34,936 bases of DNA from contig JALGVG010000001.1 in the NCBI GenBank assembly GCA_029819875.1, forward strand, positions 1 through 34,936, written 5' to 3'. Positions 27,058 to 34,936 of this stretch are shown here, in pieces (the stretch's first letter is position 1; each line of letters begins with the position of its first letter). Made by a program: the position numbers and the translations under genes. Under the pieces are notes generated by a model. That model made no database searches, had not been told where the DNA came from, and saw nothing but the letters and a program-made list of their open reading frames with translations. The stretch comes from Candidatus Zipacnadia bacterium (lineage in GTDB: Bacteria > Armatimonadota > Zipacnadia > Zipacnadales > Zipacnadaceae).

Positions 27058-28449
27058 TCAGAGCCCGAGACGCTCGCGCCACAGGGCACAGACGGTTTGC
27101 GTCTTGCGGGCGGCGATGCCCGTATATTTGCGCGGGTCTCGGAGCAGCTCTTGCTGGTGGTCAGTGAACTTGTCCAGGTAAGGGCGCAGTTCCTCGCTTT
27201 CCCGCAGCAGCTCCAGCAGGGGCCGGCCTGTGCTCTGCGCTTGCAGGGTCAGCTTGCGGACTGCTTCATGCGCATCCGGGTGGCCGTGGGCTGCCAACAA
27301 GATGTATGCCGGTTCGGCCGCCACCATGCCGCTTGTGAGGTCGAAATTGCGGGACATGCGCTCCTCGTCGGTGACCAGCTTGCCCATGATTCTCTGCATG
27401 CGGCGGACGGCGGATACCAATGCCACCACGATCTCGGGCAGGAAACGGCCGGAGGCGGAGTTCGTAAGGTCGCGCTGGTGCTCGGAGAGCTGGTCGGCAT
27501 AGACAGTGACCATTCGCGGCATGAACGCCTTCCACATGGACTTGACGTTTTCAAAGTTCCAAGGGTTGCGCTTGTGCGGCATCGTGGAGGAGCCGACCTG
27601 CTGGCTTTCGAAGCGTTCGCCGACTTCCGCTATCTCCGTGCGTTGCAGGTGGCGCATGTCATCGGCAAGGTCGGCCAGCACGCTGAATGTGGAAATCAGC
27701 GTGTGCACGAAATCGCACAGCGGCTCCGGTTCGACGATCTGCGTGGAGGTGATGGAGGGCTTAAGCCCCAGCCTCGCCAGCACCTCGGCCTCGAACTGCT
27801 CGGGGTCGGGAAAGAAGAGGCTGGAGGCATTGTACGCTCCCACGGCACCGCTGAGCTTGCCGCGGAGGTTGTCGGCGGCGGCACGTATGGCCTCAATGCG
27901 TCCCCCCAGGCGGCTCACGTAGCCGGCCAGGGCGAAGCCGAAGGTGATGGGCACGGCGTGCTGGCCATGGGTGCGGCCCATCTGGATAGTATCCTTTTCG
28001 CGCAGGGCGAGGTCGACGAGTATCTTTTCCAGTTCCAGGAGCTGGGGGATGATGACGGCGTGGGCGCATTGCTTGAAGCGCCAGGCAATGGCGGTATCAA
28101 TGACATCGAAGCTGGTCAACGACAGGTGAATAAAGGGGCGGGCGGCTGCAGAGACCTTGCTGCGCAGCACGTTGACGAGGGCGCGGATATTATGATGGAT
28201 ACGCGCCTCCTCGGCGGCAACCTCCTCGGGCTGCACCTCGGCGGCGGCGCGGGCCACCTCCTCGGCCACCTGCGGCGGGCAGATGCCGCGTGCCGCCAGC
28301 ACCTGCACGACCGCCACCTCCACCTTCAGCTCCGAGGCGACGCGGGCCCGCTCGGTGACATAAGGCCCCAGCAGTTCCTTGAGCTTTTCATCCTGCCCAT
28401 AATAGCGAAAATCCAGCGGTGAAACGCAGTCGAAGATGTTGATTTGCAT
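27058..28449 (-). CDS. purB: Adenylosuccinate lyase
   Basis: SPLD.RY, HLSLTS.D, GRTHGQHA.P.TFG, GAVG, SSTMPHKRNP and EHQRDLTNS. ATG 28449 follows GAGGTG. Confidence 0.93.
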   Translation of the reverse strand: MQINIFDCVSPLDFRYYGQDEKLKELLGPYVTERARVASELKVEVAVVQVLAARGICPPQVAEEVARAAAEVQPEEVAAEEARIHHNIRALVNVLRSKVSAAARPFIHLSLTSFDVIDTAIAWRFKQCAHAVIIPQLLELEKILVDLALREKDTIQMGRTHGQHAVPITFGFALAGYVSRLGGRIEAIRAAADNLRGKLSGAVGAYNASSLFFPDPEQFEAEVLARLGLKPSITSTQIVEPEPLCDFVHTLISTFSVLADLADDMRHLQRTEIAEVGERFESQQVGSSTMPHKRNPWNFENVKSMWKAFMPRMVTVYADQLSEHQRDLTNSASGRFLPEIVVALVSAVRRMQRIMGKLVTDEERMSRNFDLTSGMVAAEPAYILLAAHGHPDAHEAVRKLTLQAQSTGRPLLELLRESEELRPYLDKFTDHQQELLRDPRKYTGIAARKTQTVCALWRERLGL

Positions 28450-28504
28450 TGAGCCCACCTCGTGCCGACAGTCATCCGACTGTTTGGCCAACTATGCGCG
28501 GTTA

Positions 28505-30886
28505 CTAGCCGGCAGGCGTAAACTCCAGCAGCAAGGCACCTGCGGGATAATCCAGCTCCGGGCGGCCGGGACAGCGCTCGCGGCCATCCTTGTTGTATGC
28601 CGTCACCACGACAGGGCCGCCCAGGCCGGGCAAGCGGATACGCGTGGCAGGTGTGTCGCAAAACAGCAGCCAACGATCGTTATCGCGAGCCAGTTCCACC
28701 ACGGCATCCCGCGCCCATACGCGGAGAATTTCGTTGCCGGCCAGCGATACTATCAGCGGATCTTCGGCAGCACCCGTGCAGGTGACGATGGGACCGCTGC
28801 CGGCTTGTCGCAGCAAGTAGATGTCCCCTTCATCGGCATGCTGATGAAGGGTGACCTGTTGGCCGGAATTGCCCGCGCCGCCTACCAGCTTCAACAGCCA
28901 GCGGCGGGATTCGGCGGGCGGCCGTCCGTCCAGGGCGAACCAGACGACCGCTCCTGGAGACGGCCCGTTACGCACCTGCAGACCACCCTCCACGGTCAGG
29001 TTATTGTTCGCCAGGTTACCGGCCAGGGCCTCCACCCCTGTCCCATGCAGGCGCAGCAATCCCTGCCGGGGGAGGCAGTCGAGTAGCCCTTCAGAAGGCC
29101 CCAAACGAGCGGTTTCGCCCACCTTCTCACGCACCAGCGCCGGCAGCGCGTCGGTGGATTGACCGCGCCAGCGCTGCGGACCAAGCGCGGGCGGGGGCGC
29201 CTGCGGCTCGGCAGCGAAATAGGCAGCACCGGCACCGGCGCCGGGCGAAACTTCCAGGAGCAGGTCAGGTCTGCGGGGATAGGCATGCAGGGGGAACAGG
29301 TTACCCATCCGGCACCATCCCCCCAGCTCGTAGATGCTGTCCAGCAACGCGTCATCGCGAGCCCGGTACATATCCTGGGGGCCGAAGGCAACAGCGACAC
29401 CAATCGGCGCCGGCCGTATCAGGCGCTGGAGGAATATGCGCCCTGCAAGGGGGGCGATGCCCCAGCGCGTGGGGTCGCGGGCGACGTTGAAGTAGTCCAG
29501 CCGCGTCTTGGCGGCGCGCGTATCGTAGGTGAACAGGATGAGAGCGTCCACGTCGTTAAGTGCGGCGTAGGCGGCGGCCTGGAGCAGCCCCGCAGCACGG
29601 TAGGGATTGGGCCAACAGATGTTGAACTCGCGCAGTACCAGAGGCTTGCCCAGCACGCGAGGACCGCACAGACGCCGCAACAAGCTGTCGGCCATGTGCG
29701 CGCCAAGGGGGTTGTTCATCGTAACGAAGGCGGGAGGTCGCCAGTTGCCGGCGGGAAACATCGGGTGGCTGAAGTAGTAGTTGCAGCCGATCGCGTCCAG
29801 CTCCGCGGCCACGGAGAACACGTCGGCAGGATCTGTGGTGTCGGTGACCGCCAACAGCGGTACCTTGACACCCAGGCGGCGGAGATTGTCGCGCATGGTG
29901 GCGAAGTACTCGCGGTGGACATCGGCCATGAACCGCCGGACGTCGGCCGTGCGGCCCGCCGAGGGCGGACAGGCATCAGAGATGCCCGGTAACATCACCG
30001 TCCCTGCTTCTATGCTTTCGCCTGCTGCCAGCACGCGCCGGCCGGCATGGCCGCCGCTCCAGGCCTTGCGCAGCGCCTCGGTCGTCGAGAACCGCCGGCG
30101 TAGCCAGAAGTTCCACCTGCGCACCAACTCTTGCCGATAGGCAGGTAGCAATTCACGCCACTTGTCCTTGGTGATGAACAGGCCGTTTTCGTCGCAAAGC
30201 TCGATCATGCAAACGGCCGGGTCGTCGCAATATGATAAGCCGGTATAAGGGTTGACGTGTTCGGAGAGCAACTGGCGCGCGTACTGTAGCTGCAGCTCTA
30301 TCAAGCGCTCGGAGAAGACCGCATACGGCTTTGCCCCGCGGCCTAGCTGCTCACCATTTACCACGCCCTCGCTCTGGTAAAATGTCCGGTAGCTGAGCAG
30401 GTCGATATACACATATATTCCACGCTGCTTGAGGGCGGCAATCCAGTAGTCGAGTGCATCCAGTTTACGAGGATCTACGCGGGGGTATTGTCCCGCCCGG
30501 TCAGGCGGGAGCAATCCCTGCGGACCGTCGAGGTGATGGAAGCGGACGAGGTTGAAGCCGGCCCGCGCCAAGCGGTCGCAGGCGGCGTCAATGACATCAT
30601 GGGGTTGAAAGACGGCGTCGTTTGCGATGTTGATGCCCCAGAATACGGCGCGCCGCCCATTCTCGAAGTAGAAGTGACCGTCGGTTCCGGCAAACAGGAA
30701 GCCCTCGCGGCCGGCCGGAGCGGAGAGCGTGGGAGCAAAGTCCACCAGGCATGCATCCGGCAGCCGCGAGCCGTTGACGTCAAGATGAGGCACGTAGCCG
30801 GAGACGTCCAGCGATGGCAGCCCCTGCCCCGACCCGGCCCGGCAGCAGGCGGCGGCCAGCAACACGATCCAGCCCCAAGCGCTCAT
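28505..30886 (-). CDS. Secreted clan GH-A glycoside hydrolase (GH5/GH148-like) with C-terminal beta domain
   Basis: Signal peptide; FWGIN, GFNLVRFHHLD, GIYV.IDL, H.NPYTG, ELCDENG (putative acid/base), YFSHP and KPLVLREFN (putative nucleophile). Confidence 0.7.
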   Translation of the reverse strand: MSAWGWIVLLAAACCRAGSGQGLPSLDVSGYVPHLDVNGSRLPDACLVDFAPTLSAPAGREGFLFAGTDGHFYFENGRRAVFWGINIANDAVFQPHDVIDAACDRLARAGFNLVRFHHLDGPQGLLPPDRAGQYPRVDPRKLDALDYWIAALKQRGIYVYIDLLSYRTFYQSEGVVNGEQLGRGAKPYAVFSERLIELQLQYARQLLSEHVNPYTGLSYCDDPAVCMIELCDENGLFITKDKWRELLPAYRQELVRRWNFWLRRRFSTTEALRKAWSGGHAGRRVLAAGESIEAGTVMLPGISDACPPSAGRTADVRRFMADVHREYFATMRDNLRRLGVKVPLLAVTDTTDPADVFSVAAELDAIGCNYYFSHPMFPAGNWRPPAFVTMNNPLGAHMADSLLRRLCGPRVLGKPLVLREFNICWPNPYRAAGLLQAAAYAALNDVDALILFTYDTRAAKTRLDYFNVARDPTRWGIAPLAGRIFLQRLIRPAPIGVAVAFGPQDMYRARDDALLDSIYELGGWCRMGNLFPLHAYPRRPDLLLEVSPGAGAGAAYFAAEPQAPPPALGPQRWRGQSTDALPALVREKVGETARLGPSEGLLDCLPRQGLLRLHGTGVEALAGNLANNNLTVEGGLQVRNGPSPGAVVWFALDGRPPAESRRWLLKLVGGAGNSGQQVTLHQHADEGDIYLLRQAGSGPIVTCTGAAEDPLIVSLAGNEILRVWARDAVVELARDNDRWLLFCDTPATRIRLPGLGGPVVVTAYNKDGRERCPGRPELDYPAGALLLEFTPAG

Positions 30887-32736
30887 CGCCCCCCACCCTC
30901 CGCCTGCTTGAGGCTGACCATCGCCAGGCCCTCTTTCGCCAGCCCGGGAAGCAACAGCGGCAGCACCTTCGTGGTTATGTCCTCACCATTGTGCAACAGC
31001 ACGATGCTGCCGGAGGAGATGTCCTCCAACATTCCCCTTGCGACTGCCTGCGGATCATCGGTGGTGTAGTTACAGATATTGCAATTCCAAAACACCGTGG
31101 TAAAGCCCAAGGTGGCCGCGGCCCGGCGCACGATGTCGCTATAGTGGCCGCCCGGGGGGCGGAACTTGGTGACCCGGATGCCGCAGGCGCGGTGAATGGC
31201 GGCACGGGTGCGCACCAATTCCCGCTCCACCTCAAGCTCGTCGAGCCCTTGCAGGTCGCGGTGGGTGTACGAGTGGCAGGCCAGCTCATGCCCGCGGGAA
31301 GCAATCTGCGCCGCCAGCTCCGGGTACTGGTCAACCTGCTTGCCTACCAGGAAAAACGTCGCGTGGGCAGAGTAACGATCCAACAGGTTCAAAATCCAGG
31401 GCGTGACCTGGGGATGGGGGCCGTCATCGAAGGTGAGGGCGACATATTTCCCCGAAGGGGGCAGGCGATACAGCTCCGGCCGCGACAAGGGGATTGACAA
31501 TCCCGCGCGGCGATAGGCACGCAGCAGGTCGGCACGCAGCAGCGGCAGTGCAGGAGAATAGGAGAAGGCGTACTCATAGGCGGCAAGCGCCGCCTGTGGC
31601 TGGGAGAGCGCGTCCAGCAGTCGGCCCCGCAGATGGGCGTAAGCCGCCGGTGGCAGGCGCAAGGCCAGGGCACGCTGCAAGAAGCGGTCGGCCGCCCGGC
31701 GCGCAGCGCGTTCTGCAACAGCAAGCGTCCTGTGGCCGTTGTCCACGTGAATCTCAACGCTGGCAGAGCCGACCACCGTGCCGCTTGCCGAGTAGGCATT
31801 GACTGTCAATTGGTGGACACCGTCGGGAACCTGCAATGTATTGACAATGATAGCGTAGGGCTGGACATTGCTGATGCCACAGAAGCGGTCGGCGAGCAGC
31901 ACGGTCACGTAAGCCGGCTCCAGCGTGGGACTGACGCGGACGGTGACCCTGATTGTCCCACGGACCGTGGCACCGCCGGCAGGATTGAGAATGGTCACCG
32001 CCCCGGCAGACAGAGGCGACGGGGGCGGGGCTGTCACGGCCACTTCCGCCGCCTTGCCCAAGCCCTGCTGTACCCAGTAGCGCGCCGGTGGAGAAAAGAC
32101 GCAAGAAGGCACGACTACTCCCAGCTCCTCGGCAGCGGGAGAGGGGGCGGAATCAAGGGCGGACAGTCCCTGCAGCGGCTGCCCGCCGGCCAGTGAGGCG
32201 GCAGCCAGCACGTAGGCGGCTAATGCGTTATGTGGCTGCCGGCGCAACACGCTGCCGGCTTGCTGTTGCGCCGAGGTATACAGCCCGGCAGCGCACAAGG
32301 CGTAAGCGATAGCTGCTTGCACCGACTCCCTGTCCTCGAGGGGCAAGGCCATGACATAGCGGTAGGCCTGCAATGCACCGCTAAAATCGCCGGCCAGGCA
32401 GCGCGCAGCCCCGATACCCAGTTGCGCGGAGGGCAGGCGCGGTTGAAGGGCGGCGGCCATCTCGAAATCTTCAGCGGCCTCCCCTATCCGCCCGGCGAGC
32501 AGGCCGACGATGCCGCGTCCCACCAGCGCCTCGGCACACTCACTATCAGAGGCCAAGGCCGCCTGGAAGTGTTGCGCCGCTAACCCGGGGCGGCCGTCGC
32601 GCAGCCAGCGGCAGCCTTCGAGCAGGGCACTTGCACTCCAGGCGGGCGTCAGGCAGGCCAACGCCAGGCCCCACACAGCCAGGCCTGGCGCGTTGAACCT
32701 GGACTTGCCGGCTCTTAACACCGTAGTGTGATTCAC
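30883..32736 (-). CDS. Secreted TPR + Ig-like + NodB/CE4 polysaccharide deacetylase fusion
   Basis: Signal-like N-terminus, TPRs, an Ig-like domain (I.NP..GATV.G...DG.H.L.V.AY), and CE4 motifs TFDDGP, HSYTH, FRPPGG, LLH. GTGA and ATGA overlaps with its neighbours. Confidence 0.85.
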   Translation of the reverse strand: MNHTTVLRAGKSRFNAPGLAVWGLALACLTPAWSASALLEGCRWLRDGRPGLAAQHFQAALASDSECAEALVGRGIVGLLAGRIGEAAEDFEMAAALQPRLPSAQLGIGAARCLAGDFSGALQAYRYVMALPLEDRESVQAAIAYALCAAGLYTSAQQQAGSVLRRQPHNALAAYVLAAASLAGGQPLQGLSALDSAPSPAAEELGVVVPSCVFSPPARYWVQQGLGKAAEVAVTAPPPSPLSAGAVTILNPAGGATVRGTIRVTVRVSPTLEPAYVTVLLADRFCGISNVQPYAIIVNTLQVPDGVHQLTVNAYSASGTVVGSASVEIHVDNGHRTLAVAERAARRAADRFLQRALALRLPPAAYAHLRGRLLDALSQPQAALAAYEYAFSYSPALPLLRADLLRAYRRAGLSIPLSRPELYRLPPSGKYVALTFDDGPHPQVTPWILNLLDRYSAHATFFLVGKQVDQYPELAAQIASRGHELACHSYTHRDLQGLDELEVERELVRTRAAIHRACGIRVTKFRPPGGHYSDIVRRAAATLGFTTVFWNCNICNYTTDDPQAVARGMLEDISSGSIVLLHNGEDITTKVLPLLLPGLAKEGLAMVSLKQAEGGGR

Positions 32737-33521
32737 TCCTCGATTGCGGCCAACGTAACCTCGGCGGCGGTCAATGAATGCTCCCGGCCGTAGTCATCCA
32801 CAACCACCAGGCGACCCAACTCGTCAATTCGCGTGGCGCGCCCGACCAATTGACCGGCAGCGCCGTAACCCTCAACGGTGACCTGTCTGCCCAATGTTAT
32901 TTCAAAGGGGCGGTACGCGTCAACAATCGGCGGCGGGCCTTCCTGCCTGAACGCAGCATACAACTGCTCCAGCGACTGCAGCAACTCGACCAGGATATCT
33001 TCCCGGGCCACCGGCCGGCCCGCGGCCTGCTCGACCGTGGTCAAGGGGCGGTCAACCCGCGCCTGAAGTTCTTCCACCGGCCCTGACACGTTGATGCCGA
33101 TACCCACTGCTACTGCATCGGAGGTGGCCTGCAGCAATACACCGCCGACCTTGACGTTGCCAAGGAGCAGGTCATTGGGCCACTTGGTGTGCGCCGCAAC
33201 GCCGGCCGCGCGCCTGATGGCAGTGGCTGCTGCTGCAGCGGCGGCCAACGATAACACGGGCTGCTGGTCGGCAGGGCGTGCGGGGCGCAACAACACCGAC
33301 AGCAGAAGGCAGCAGCCGGGCAGGTCCTGCCAGGTACGACCCCGGCGACCGCGGCCGGCCGTCTGCGTATCGGCGACCACGACGATGCCCTCCGCCACGC
33401 CGCGGTCGGCCAGGCGCAGGGCCTCAGCTTGCGTGGAACTGATGACCGGGTGCAGGTCGATCTCGCGCCCCACAACCGGGTTACCAAGGCGCATTCTCAC
33501 GCCCAACAGATCAAAGTCCAT
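32733..33521 (-). CDS. birA: Biotin--[acetyl-CoA carboxylase] ligase, group I (no N-terminal HTH)
   Basis: QTAGRGRRGRTW, KWPND, KVGGVL, GIGIN, G.L.V. Confidence 0.95.
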   Translation of the reverse strand: MDFDLLGVRMRLGNPVVGREIDLHPVISSTQAEALRLADRGVAEGIVVVADTQTAGRGRRGRTWQDLPGCCLLLSVLLRPARPADQQPVLSLAAAAAAATAIRRAAGVAAHTKWPNDLLLGNVKVGGVLLQATSDAVAVGIGINVSGPVEELQARVDRPLTTVEQAAGRPVAREDILVELLQSLEQLYAAFRQEGPPPIVDAYRPFEITLGRQVTVEGYGAAGQLVGRATRIDELGRLVVVDDYGREHSLTAAEVTLAAIEE

Positions 33522-33536
33522 GTCACAGCCTCCTGG

Positions 33537-34301
33537 TCATCGTCCGACCGCCACAGCCACGTCCTTGACGGTGATGATATCCGTGGCTGCGACTACGCGG
33601 CACTCAGCATGTCTGGGACCAACATTCTCAACCCGGATCAGGGCAACGGGTTCTCCGACCGGGTGTCCATCGGCGCCTGTTCGGTACACGAGCAGTCGTA
33701 GCCCCGGCACCAGCCGGCCGTTCGCATCGCTTTTCAGGAACACAACGTCGCGCCCTGAACGGCCCTGGACGCTGATGTACAGGGCCGCGAAGTCCAGCAA
33801 CTTCTCAGCGGCCTGGGCACCAGCTTGCGCCAGGGCATGGTCAACCGTGATATCAGCCGGCTGGCCGGCGCGGCGCCTCGCCCGGCCGGTTACGGCAAAC
33901 GAGGCGGCGGCCTCGCCGGAGACGATGTCTATCATCTCCGTGGACAGTGCGACGACAGCCCACCCCTCGGCGTCCAACCGGCAGTCCGTAACGGTTCCCG
34001 AAATCGCCAGGTGAGCGCCGACGAGGTGAGCAACCTGCTGGAGGTATCCCACGGCAAAAGGGGGTTTCAGTGACAGCTTGCGGCACTGCAGGCGGATATC
34101 GCGACGCGGCACCAGCCGCCAGCGCTGCGCATCGGCCAGCGCAACATGCAAGGCGTCAGCCGCACGACGGCCCAGCATGTGGCCGCGATATGTGCAGAGG
34201 TTATTAAAGTCAAAAACCGCGACCGGCACTTGCCAGGCACCGTCGTCTGCTCCCCAGCATGGGACCACGGCCAGCATAGCTGCCAGCGCAATTATTCTCA
34301 C
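33537..34301 (-). CDS. Secreted CsgG/TolB-N/FlgT-like protein
   Basis: GTG 34301 follows GGAGG; signal peptide; VAVFDFNN...GA...ISGTV pattern, then a small FlgT-C-like beta domain. Confidence 0.6.
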   Translation of the reverse strand: MRIIALAAMLAVVPCWGADDGAWQVPVAVFDFNNLCTYRGHMLGRRAADALHVALADAQRWRLVPRRDIRLQCRKLSLKPPFAVGYLQQVAHLVGAHLAISGTVTDCRLDAEGWAVVALSTEMIDIVSGEAAASFAVTGRARRRAGQPADITVDHALAQAGAQAAEKLLDFAALYISVQGRSGRDVVFLKSDANGRLVPGLRLLVYRTGADGHPVGEPVALIRVENVGPRHAECRVVAATDIITVKDVAVAVGR

Positions 34302-34370
34302 CTTGGCTGCCTCCGCTGAGTACGGCTGCCATTCGGTTCCCTGTGGCACTTCCCAATACCTCCCCCAGAC

Positions 34371-34401
34371 AACAAAGAACCCCGCCTGCAGCAGCGAGGT
34401 T
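34371..34401 (-). terminator. Possible intrinsic terminator
   Basis: Minus strand AACCUCGC/GCGGGGUU stem with one G-U pair, followed by CUUUGUU. Confidence 0.4.
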
Positions 34402-34426
34402 GCATCATGGCCACGATCGTGGTCGC

Positions 34427-34936
34427 CTATTTTGCCACGTAGCCCCCTGGTTTTTCCTCGAGCCGGCACTCCCCCATGCGGGCCACGGCTTTGAGGGCCT
34501 CCGCGGCCGATATTCCGTCGCTGAAATCCACCGTGACCGGCTGGTCGCCGACGCTGTCGGCAATTTCAATGTCCAAGTCGCCGGCAGCGGCTATCTGGCG
34601 AAGGGCCTGGCGCAAGGGCACGCTGTGCAGGACCAGGCGGATTTGTGCGTCTCCCCGGCGCCCTGTCGTCTCCACAAAGCCGGGCAGTACCACGTCAAGG
34701 GAACTGTTGAGACTGGGAACGTCGCTGCGCAATGAGACGGTCAAGTGCTGGTCACCGGGAGCCGAGGAGAGGACGGTGACAGCGAACTGCTTGCGCTGGC
34801 CGGCCCGCAGCGGCCCACGGTAGACAATCTCGTTCCCTATCACCTGCAGCGCGCCCCGGGGCTGAACCGTTAATACGATGTCGTTGTAGTCGGTTTCCGA
34901 GGTGATCGCGATACTGACGACCGCCTGCTCGTCCAC
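34427..34936 (-). CDS. Partial CDS (5' end outside window): Ig-like domain plus C-terminal STN/FecR-C-like domain
   Basis: L....PLRQALRQIA....DI......DQPVTVDF....AEAL..V pattern; open frame runs to the window edge. Confidence 0.55.
   Translation of the reverse strand: MDEQAVVSIAITSETDYNDIVLTVQPRGALQVIGNEIVYRGPLRAGQRKQFAVTVLSSAPGDQHLTVSLRSDVPSLNSSLDVVLPGFVETTGRRGDAQIRLVLHSVPLRQALRQIAAAGDLDIEIADSVGDQPVTVDFSDGISAAEALKAVARMGECRLEEKPGGYVAK

Noticed and set aside
1-34936. CRISPR arrays, IS elements, prophage, defence systems, tRNA/rRNA, selenocysteine readthrough
   Set aside because: No repeat-spacer pattern, mobile-element or defence motifs, cloverleafs, or in-frame TGA-interrupted genes were seen by eye.

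Overview
GC-rich bacterial chromosomal segment with about 29 densely packed genes. I see no rRNA, tRNA, CRISPR array, transposase, integrase or phage genes. Housekeeping genes: dut, gltX, a short thiC-family gene, a split two-gene NAD synthetase (glutaminase + nadE), rsmI, purB and a group I birA. Envelope genes: LptC-like and LptA-like proteins, an M48 protease, a SurA/PpiC-TPR foldase, a CsgG/FlgT-like protein and an orphan Flp pilin. Orphan catabolic enzymes: DUF3604 PHP-like hydrolase, PfkB kinase, purple-acid-phosphatase-like protein, nitrilase, GH4, tandem amidohydrolase, PmoA/DUF6807 protein, M55 peptidase and FGGY kinase. The gene mix suggests a diderm, possibly Armatimonadota (inference, not demonstrated). 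Best candidates for an undescribed system: (i) a translationally coupled envelope glycan-modifying module (CsgG/FlgT-like, birA, TPR-Ig-NodB deacetylase, secreted clan GH-A hydrolase); (ii) a nitrilase-GH4-pseudoenzyme/enzyme amidohydrolase catabolic operon; (iii) a ~72-nt structured intergenic RNA candidate at 10484-10555; (iv) a TPR protein coupled to an orphan GAF kinase. All family calls come from motif recognition by eye; no database searches were run.
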